From: an uncultured archaeon | Lineage (GTDB): Archaea; Asgardarchaeota; Lokiarchaeia; Helarchaeales; HEL-GB-A | Direction of reading: 5' to 3' | Assembly (NCBI GenBank): GCA_964353755.1 | Contig: CAYGYC010000015.1 | Location: 1 to 24,000, forward strand | Length of the DNA: 24,000 nt | Shown here: one piece after another, positions 18,376 through 24,000 of the stretch | Layout of the letters: every line of letters begins with the position of its first letter | Position numbering within the stretch: position 1 is the first letter of the stretch | Program-made: the position numbers and the translations under genes | Notes under the pieces: model-generated | The model's database searches: none | The model's input: the letters and a program-made list of their open reading frames with translations, nothing else | What the model was told of the DNA's origin: nothing

Positions 18376-18591
18376 ATGGCATTTACAGTAGATACAGCCT
18401 AGCTAGATTTACTTCCTAGAAAAGAAATTGTAGATTTTAAAGAAAGACCTACGTGTTCTGCTTGTGAAACGCCCATGATTATTTGTTCCCATAGTACTCC
18501 TTCAAAAGTGATTGGATTTGGAGGGATTTATTATACCGAGTATGTAGAATATACCTGCGGCGCCAGAGATTGCGTCTACTTTTTTTTATAA
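18376..18591 (+). pseudogene. zinc-ribbon ORF interrupted by an in-frame TAG, possible transposase N-terminal remnant
   Basis: My translation: MAFTVDTA-TAG-LDLLPRKEIVDFKERPTCSACETPMIICSHSTPSKVIGFGGIYYTEYVEYTCGARDCVYFFL. The CxxC..H..V.GF.G......Y.C....C..F spacing resembles zinc fingers at the N-termini of ISL3-type transposases. No transposase body follows. Confidence 0.3.
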
Positions 18592-18639
18592 ATTTACACG
18601 CTTTTGAATGAAAATTTTCGCCTAATTTATATATAATCG

Positions 18640-18679
18640 TTCATTAGTAATGAACACTAATTTTCATTAGTAATGAACA
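18640..18679 (+). promoter_or_regulatory. two copies of a 15-bp palindrome (TTCATTAgTAATGAA) next to a TATA-like box: candidate operator pair
   Basis: TTCATTAGTAATGAACA occurs at 18640-18656 and again at 18663-18679, a 23-bp offset. Each copy contains perfect 7-bp inverted arms. TTTAAATA at 18682-18689 lies ~24 nt upstream of the ATG at 18709, which suggests a leaderless or short-leader mRNA. Confidence 0.5.
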
Positions 18680-18708
18680 GATTTAAATAAATTAAATTTT
18701 GATAAAAT

Positions 18709-19926
18709 ATGATATTAAAAGAAACTTTGAGACAAGTAGTCAAATCTCAGAAATCAGAATTGCTTAGGTTTGAATACGGGGTAGAGAGAGAAAATTTAAA
18801 TGAAATAGACTTAAAACTTTCGTTTGCAATAGTGTTATCTGGGATTAGAAGGTGCGGCAAAAGCACTTTATTACACCAATTAATTAAAAAAACAACTAAT
18901 TATTGTTATTTTAATTTTGAAGATACAAGACTTATCAACTTTGAACCTGAAGATTTTGAGAAACTTAACGACATTTTTATGGAAGACAATCAAGAGTGTG
19001 AATACTATTTTTTTGATGAAATACAAAATGCCCCAAAATGGGAAATTTTTGTACGAGCTATGCTTGATAAGCAAAAAAAATTTATAATTACAGGCTCGAA
19101 TGCATCGCTACTTAGTAAAGAATTAGGGACACGCCTTACGGGTAGGCACTTGAGATACGAGCTTTTTCCATTTTCATTCAAAGAAATGTTGGTATTTACT
19201 AATAAGAAACCTTGCATAGAATCATTTGAGGAATATCTGAACAAAGGGGGCTTCCCCGATTATCTTAAATTTAATAAATCTGAAATACTTCAAGAATTAT
19301 TGAATGATATAATTGCACGAGATATTATTGTTAGACATCGGCTTAGAGAAGCAAAAACAGTAAAGGACATGGCATTGTATTTATTGACCAATGTTGGAAA
19401 AGAATTTTCCTATAATGGTTTAAAGACCCTTTTCAATTTAGGGTCAACTAATAGTGCACTATCTTTTGTTTCTTATTTTGAAGACAGCTATCTCTTATTT
19501 ACTATTCCAAAGTTTGATTATTCGCTTAAAAAGCAATTAGTCAATCCAAAAAAAGTTTATGCAATTGATAATGGCCTGTCGAATGTCAATTCAGCCTCAT
19601 TTTCTTTAGATAAAGGCAGAATGCTTGAAAATATTGTATTCTTGCATTTGAGAAGAAAATATAAGGAAATTTTTTACTTTAAAGAAAAAAATGAATGCGA
19701 TTTTCTACTGAAAGAAAAAAACCAGATAATATCTGCCATCCAAGTCTGTTATGAACTGCACGAAGATAATAAGAAGCGAGAAATTGATGGCATAATAGAA
19801 CCTATTACTAAATTTGACTTAAAAGATGGATTAATATTGACTTATAATCAAGAAGATGACTTTAATATCGCCGGCAAAAAAATACTTGTTAAACCTGTAT
19901 GGAAATGGTTGCAGGTTTCCCCTTAA
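18709..19926 (+). CDS. AAA+ ATPase of the COG1373 type (AAA_14 N-domain plus DUF4143-like C-domain)
   Basis: 405-aa ORF with Walker A (SGIRRCGKSTLL) and Walker B-like (YYFFDEIQ). The overall layout is typical of this widespread, often island-borne ATPase family. Confidence 0.8.
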   Translation: MILKETLRQVVKSQKSELLRFEYGVERENLNEIDLKLSFAIVLSGIRRCGKSTLLHQLIKKTTNYCYFNFEDTRLINFEPEDFEKLNDIFMEDNQECEYYFFDEIQNAPKWEIFVRAMLDKQKKFIITGSNASLLSKELGTRLTGRHLRYELFPFSFKEMLVFTNKKPCIESFEEYLNKGGFPDYLKFNKSEILQELLNDIIARDIIVRHRLREAKTVKDMALYLLTNVGKEFSYNGLKTLFNLGSTNSALSFVSYFEDSYLLFTIPKFDYSLKKQLVNPKKVYAIDNGLSNVNSASFSLDKGRMLENIVFLHLRRKYKEIFYFKEKNECDFLLKEKNQIISAIQVCYELHEDNKKREIDGIIEPITKFDLKDGLILTYNQEDDFNIAGKKILVKPVWKWLQVSP

Positions 19927-20038
19927 TCATTGTCTTATTTTACTAGATACCTGAATATAAAATTACAACAACTCGTATTAATCCAAACGAATTTTTAAAA
20001 AGAAATGAATGGGAAAAAGGAAAAACAATAAAAAATGT

Positions 20039-20252
20039 TACAGCGAAGCGACCTAACTGCGGAAATTCGGAGAACAACTCAATGACCATGGGGCGTAATG
20101 GCTTGAAGCGGACCATCCCACCTTCGCCCTGCTTGAGGAAATCGGGCTTCTCTTGAACGACCTGACCTGTTCGCGGATCTGTTTTACTGATGATTTCAGC
20201 GAATTGGCAGGCTACCTGTGCTGTATGCGCATGAATAATGGGGGAATAGCCG
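20039..20252 (-). pseudogene. EF-1alpha domain-III gene fragment (duplicate of 20739-20952)
   Basis: 20046-20252 matches 20746-20952 at an offset of exactly 700 bp, with one mismatch (20239 T vs 20939 C). In minus sense it encodes [71 protein letters not shown]. It has no start codon and no native C-terminus. Confidence 0.85.
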
Positions 20253-20274
20253 CTGGGGGCTCCCGAATGTCACG

Positions 20275-20628
20275 GTGATCTTCCGGGATGGTCCGAACTG
20301 GAGCATCCCGCTCCACTCGGCGGAGCCCCTTTGGATCGACATCACCAGTGACGAGCCGTATATGACGCTGGAGTTGAACTACACCATTGATGGGCAGTGG
20401 AGGGAGTTTACCATCGCTCCCCAAAGTACCCAACATTACTATTACGAGATCGAGTTTGATGTAGAGGGAGAGGTCACCTATCAGGTTAATATTGAATACA
20501 ATGGGGTCGTGGTGTGCGCGGATACGATCACCGTAGCAGGGGTGCCAGGTATTCCCTTCGGGACGTGGTGGCTTCTTGGGTGCTTAATATTAATAATAGG
20601 GTATAAAAAAAAAAGGAGATCTAAATAG
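20275..20628 (+). CDS. probable C-terminal fragment of a surface protein (beta-rich domain plus C-terminal anchor/sorting-signal-like tail)
   Basis: 117-aa ORF with a GTG start and no signal peptide. It begins 23 nt after the repeat edge. It ends VPGIPFG-TWWLLGCLILIIGY-KKKRRSK, which is a short motif, a hydrophobic helix and a basic tail. Confidence 0.4.
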   Translation: MIFRDGPNWSIPLHSAEPLWIDITSDEPYMTLELNYTIDGQWREFTIAPQSTQHYYYEIEFDVEGEVTYQVNIEYNGVVVCADTITVAGVPGIPFGTWWLLGCLILIIGYKKKRRSK

Positions 20629-20632
20629 AAAT

Positions 20633-20641
20633 AAAAAAAAA
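20633..20641 (-). terminator. T9 tract immediately downstream of the restored EF-1alpha stop
   Basis: An A9 run on the plus strand, so T9 in tuf sense. It lies 6 nt after the TAA at 20649-20647 that ends the spliced reading frame. Confidence 0.45.
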
Positions 20642-20646
20642 TTTGA

Positions 20647-22039
20647 TTATTCTTTCTTTTTCACTTCTTTCACGATGCCAACAGCCACCGTGCGGCCCAG
20701 TGCGAAGTACCCTAGGCAGTCTGGGATACTATATCGCGTACCGCAAAGCGACCTAACTGCGGAAATTCGGAGAACAACTCAATGACCATGGGGCGTAATG
20801 GCTTGAAGCGGACCATCCCACCTTCGCCCTGCTTGAGGAAATCGGGCTTCTCTTGAACGACCTGACCTGTTCGCGGATCTGTTTTACTGATGATTTCAGC
20901 GAATTGGCAGGCTACCTGTGCTGTATGCGCATGAATAACGGGGGAATAGCCGACGGCAATGGCGGTTGGGTGGTAGATGACAATGACTTGGCCAACGAAT
21001 TCGTCTACGACAGTCGGGGGATTATCCACCTTCCCGGCAACGTCGCCACGTTTGATATCTTTCACTGAAAGCCCTCGAAGGTTAAAGCCGATGTTATCAC
21101 CAGGCACTGCTTGTGGGATCTGCTCATGGTGCATATATTGTGATACGTACATCATGCACGAATCATCTCAATTGATCGGCATTCGCTCTGGACGCCGCCA
21201 GGCATGAAGATGAGTTTGTCGCCAACCTTCAGTATGCCGGTTTCGACACGACCGACGGGAACGGTGCCGACTCCAGTGATTTTGTAGACATCCTGGACTG
21301 GGATGCGGAGGGGTTTATCGGTGGGCTTGGGAGGGAGTTCAAAGGCATCTAGGGCCTCGATTAAGGTGGGACCCTTATACCAGGGCATTTTGTCGGATTT
21401 AGCCACCAAATTATCCCCTGTCCAGGCAGAGACAGGGACGAAATTGATTTTATCTGCGGGGTAGCCTACGATTTTCAAGAGGTCTTTCATTTCATTTTTG
21501 ACTTCATTGTAGCGCGCTTCTTTCCAGCTGTGGGTGTCCATTTTATTGATAGCCACGACGAGTTGGTTAATACCGAGGGTTCGGGAGAGGAAGGCGTGTT
21601 CACGGGTTTGGCCGCTGGCGGAGATACCACCTTCAAATTCTCCTTCTCGGGAGGAGACAACCAGGATGGCAGCATCAGCTTGTGAACTTCCGGTGATCAT
21701 GTTTTTGACGAAATCCCGATGACCCGGCGCATCGATCAGGGTGTAATAGTACCGTTTCGTATCGAAGCGGCGGAAAGCTAAGTCGATAGTAATTCCACGT
21801 TCTCGTTCTTCCTTGAGGCGGTCGAAGATGAAAGCAAATTTGAAAGAGGCATCTTTCATTTGCTTGGCGGTTTCTTCCATATCCCGCATTTCTCGTTCCG
21901 AGATACCACCCGTTTTAAAGAGGAGATGACCCATCATCGTGCTTTTACCATGATCGACGTGACCGATGATGATCAAGTTCAGATGCGGCTTCTTTTCTTC
22001 TTTGCCCGCTGTGGCTGCTGGCTTCTTTTCTTTGCTCAT
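20647..22039 (-). CDS. tuf: translation elongation factor EF-1alpha, split by two 32-nt BHB-type introns: join(22039..21167, 21134..20732, 20699..20647), 442 aa
   Basis: G1 motif [10 protein letters not shown]3 motif DAPGHRDF, G4 motif NKMD. The frame breaks at SIEM/HHE and at RFAVRD/MGRTVAVG. Removing 21166-21135 and 20731-20700 restores both motifs and the C-terminus [19 protein letters not shown]. Exon lengths are 873 + 403 + 53 nt, giving 443 codons. Confidence 0.85.
20700..20731 (-). other. candidate BHB intron 2 of tuf (32 nt)
   Basis: RNA sequence UAGUAUCCCAGACUGCCUAGGGUACUUCGCAC. The central 4-bp helix is GCGA (20737-20734) with UCGC (20705-20702). The bulges are UA|U and AC|U. The inner helix has 7 bp and the outer helix pairs at 6 of 7 positions. 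Confidence 0.65.
20746..20952. repeat. 207-bp direct repeat, copy inside functional tuf exon 2 (partner at 20046-20252)
   Basis: Read directly by comparing the two 60-nt-per-line blocks, which are offset by exactly 700 bp. There is a single mismatch. Confidence 0.9.
21135..21166 (-). other. candidate BHB intron 1 of tuf (32 nt)
   Basis: RNA sequence AUGAUUCGUGCAUGAUGUACGUAUCACAAUAU. The central 4-bp helix is AUUG (21172-21169) with CAAU (21140-21137). The bulges are AG|A and AU|A. The inner helix has 4+4 bp and the outer helix has 2 bp. Confidence 0.65.
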
Positions 22040-22388
22040 TTTTCAAATCCTCCATATTTTTGTTTGGATACTAACTAGATTTTAAAATAACACTCAATTT
22101 TTAATTTCTTCAATGGTTTTGGTCGGCTATTACGGCAGTTGCCAAATCGAACTTTTTGGGGTAATAACCGGAACCATCCAAGAGATTAGTTAAGTAGTAT
22201 TTAAAATCGTTTTTAGATTTTTTGGATAGGATTAAAACCTTATAGTTGAATCAAGAAAAAGCAATAGTGGTATATAAATTTTCTTTTATTGGGGGTTTTC
22301 ACATCCAAGGCAAGGAGTCTTTAAGGGAGTGAGTTTTAAAAGGAGAGGAAGGGGGAGAATAGGAAAGGAATTGAGGGGAGAAAGATTC

Positions 22389-23012
22389 TTAGCGCGCGGA
22401 GGCAGCGATGCGCTCTTTTTCCTCTTTGCGTCTAACTGCGGCGCTTTTATTATCATTTGCGGCAGCTAAAATTAACTCATTGGAAATGAGTTCCTCAATC
22501 GTTTGGATCTTATTGAAGCTACTTCGCCAACAGGTTTCGACGATATATTTCAGCGAGAGATCTACTCGGCGTTGGGGAGCGATATCGACGCTCTGTTGGT
22601 AAGCGATTCCCCCGTAGCTAATGCGGGTAGTTTCTTCGCGCGGTGCGCAATTTTCAACGGCATTAACGAGCACCTGAATGGGATTCTTATTCATTTTCAA
22701 GAAAATGATTTTAAAGACGTTATTCACCAATTTAATGGTGCGTAATTTTTTACCCGCCAAGCGCCCACTCTGGCGTCCGCCCGCTTTTTTCCGGGTAGTA
22801 CCAGGGGCCATTAAGCGGTTAACAAAGCGCTCAATAATATTCACTTGTGATTTACGGAACCGTCTATGCTCATGCCGCCCATGCGTATGGCAAGTGATAT
22901 TGGGATTGAGGGTAACATAATTTCGTAGCCCGGCATCTTTGACCTTCACTTCGGTGATGTCCCATTCATTGAAGACTTTAATTTCTGCCATGCCATCATT
23001 CGCCTTTTTCAT
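22389..23012 (-). CDS. rps7: 30S ribosomal protein uS7
   Basis: 207-aa ORF containing PIQVLVNAVENCAPREETTRISYGGIAYQQSVDIAPQRRVDLSLKYI..AAVRRKEEKERIAASAR. Confidence 0.9.
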   Translation of the reverse strand: MKKANDGMAEIKVFNEWDITEVKVKDAGLRNYVTLNPNITCHTHGRHEHRRFRKSQVNIIERFVNRLMAPGTTRKKAGGRQSGRLAGKKLRTIKLVNNVFKIIFLKMNKNPIQVLVNAVENCAPREETTRISYGGIAYQQSVDIAPQRRVDLSLKYIVETCWRSSFNKIQTIEELISNELILAAANDNKSAAVRRKEEKERIAASAR

Positions 23013-23186
23013 GATAGAATTCTTATGAGAAAAATTGTATGTTTCTACCTAGATTGGATTAATAAAAATTTTGTGGAATCCCTCCCGTAAATATCCGGAT
23101 ATTATTTTCTTTTAAGAAGCAGGCGGCGATTTTTGTATTAAGATGAACTGATTCACCTAAGTAAGTCTAATGAGGCGAAAAGTCAG

Positions 23187-23588
23187 ATGCAAATGTTAAA
23201 TAAGGGAAAAGTATATGATCGAATTCTGGCAAAAATGATTCAGAAGATGAGTTGCGGAAGCGTGATGCTACTAAATAATGATGGCTTAAAAATTTCAGAG
23301 CAAACATGTGGCTTCACCGATTCAGATGGCATTTGGGGTTCTGCCAACAGCTTATTATCGGCGGGAGAACGGGCGCTCTCCGAATTGTGTCAAAGTAAAA
23401 ATCAATTTATTAATCAAATTTTTGAATCCGAGACCTTTTTTCTCTCGGTAGGGCGAGTTAACGATGATATCAGCTATGCCATTCTCTCCTCCAAAGTGAA
23501 CAAAATTTCCATGGGCATGTTGCGGTTGATTGCGCAGAATCTGAAAGATCAAGTGAAAGTGGTTGATGGCGCTTCAGCATCTCCCTAA
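23187..23588 (+). CDS. Roadblock/LC7 (MglB-like) domain protein, tentative
   Basis: 133-aa ORF with the family layout. It has a beta strand (GSVMLLNNDGLKISEQ), a helix (WGSANSLLSAGERALSEL), then INQIFESETFFLSVGRVNDDISYAILSS and a final helix. This is pattern recognition only. Confidence 0.45.
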   Translation: MQMLNKGKVYDRILAKMIQKMSCGSVMLLNNDGLKISEQTCGFTDSDGIWGSANSLLSAGERALSELCQSKNQFINQIFESETFFLSVGRVNDDISYAILSSKVNKISMGMLRLIAQNLKDQVKVVDGASASP

Positions 23589-23754
23589 GACCTGAAGAAA
23601 GAATTTTTTGAATTCGTGTCCGACATCGCGGACAGGCTAGATCAGCGGGGGCAACCCCAGCCCCACAATTCAGACAGCTGGTCCAAGGCGATAACTCTTT
23701 TAAAATATTTCAGATCAAATGTTTATTATTCTTTGCGAAAATGCACGCCATTTT

Positions 23755-23982
23755 TTATTGAGACCAGTCTTTTCTTATTTCATTTTCAAATGTTACGCCA
23801 TCAATATCCCAATCCCATGTTCCTGAAGCATCTTCAACTAAGGACCCACTAACCTTTTTAATTACAATCTTATCATCTTCATAAGTTATGCTAACCTTAT
23901 CTCCAATGTGTATCCCTTCTTTTTCTCGTATGTCCTGAGGAATTGTGATTTGAAATTTCTTTGTTACAGTAATTACTTTCAT
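23755..23982 (-). CDS. AbrB/SpoVT-domain protein (antitoxin-like DNA-binding fold)
   Basis: 75-aa ORF containing KKFQITIPQDIREKEGIHIGDKVSITYEDDKIVIKKV, the swapped-hairpin AbrB signature. No toxin ORF is visible downstream in this window. Confidence 0.7.
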   Translation of the reverse strand: MKVITVTKKFQITIPQDIREKEGIHIGDKVSITYEDDKIVIKKVSGSLVEDASGTWDWDIDGVTFENEIRKDWSQ

Positions 23983-24000
23983 TTAATCACTATCACTTTT

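Noticed and set aside
18400-18402. In-frame TAG in the zinc-ribbon ORF as a possible pyrrolysine or readthrough codon.
   Set aside because: There is no Pyl machinery or PYLIS-like context in view. TAG is used as a genuine stop elsewhere, for example at the end of the ORF at 20275..20628. The neighbourhood is full of decayed genes.
18640-18679. The repeated 17-mer as a mini CRISPR array.
   Set aside because: There are only two copies, the unit is too short, the spacer is 6 nt, and the site is right at a promoter. It is an operator-like site, not CRISPR.
20212-20436. 74-aa minus-strand ORF spanning the repeat edge.
   Set aside because: It starts opposite the more coherent plus-strand domain ORF and runs into the tuf-fragment repeat in a non-tuf frame. 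Its sequence is Pro/Arg-rich GC-frame noise.
20712-22039. Reading tuf as a frameshifted pseudogene or as two independent ORFs (21152..22039 and 20712..21155).
   Set aside because: Both breaks are exact 32-nt insertions flanked by canonical BHB motifs. Their removal restores conserved motifs and a natural C-terminus followed by a terminator. The MMYVSQY and IVSQTA extensions are intron-derived artefacts.
23616-23852. 78-aa plus-strand ORF after the Roadblock-like gene.
   Set aside because: It has no recognisable features, and its 3' part overlaps the clearly AbrB-type gene on the opposite strand.

Overview
Archaeal chromosomal window. About 16 kb on the plus strand is the conserved ribosomal-protein supercluster: uS19-uL22-uS3-uL29-Rpp29-uS17, then uL14-uL24-eS4-uL5-uS14-uS8-uL6-eL32-eL19-uL18-uS5, then uL15-SecY, then eL34-Cmk-eL14-Cbf5-methyltransferase. 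tRNA-Ser(GGA) and uS10 follow. Next comes a roughly 4 kb AT-rich accessory or degenerate island. It holds a membrane RING-like zinc-finger protein, a decayed AbrB gene, a zinc-ribbon remnant, a COG1373-type AAA ATPase with twin palindromic operators, an EF-1alpha gene fragment and a surface-protein fragment. EF-1alpha and uS7 lie on the minus strand, followed by a Roadblock/LC7-like gene and an AbrB-type gene. Main finding: the EF-1alpha gene only looks like a frameshifted pseudogene. It is interrupted by two separate 32-nt insertions. Each folds into a canonical bulge-helix-bulge (BHB) motif whose predicted endonuclease cleavage sites excise exactly 32 nt. Excision restores the conserved motifs SIEMHHE and RFAVRDMGRTVAVG and the natural C-terminus. 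This implies two archaeal-type introns in an essential protein-coding gene. Other oddities: a 207-bp direct duplication of EF-1alpha coding sequence has one breakpoint at the flank of intron 2. uL30 is inverted, with a membrane-protein gene inserted between uS5 and uL15. A coiled-coil/proline-rich gene with its own promoter splits uS17 from uL14. uS10 is separated from tuf and convergent with it. adk and the usual membrane-protein gene between secY and rpl34e are absent. RING-like and Roadblock-like domains hint at an Asgard-like lineage, but that is only an inference. No CRISPR array, rRNA gene or intact transposase was seen.
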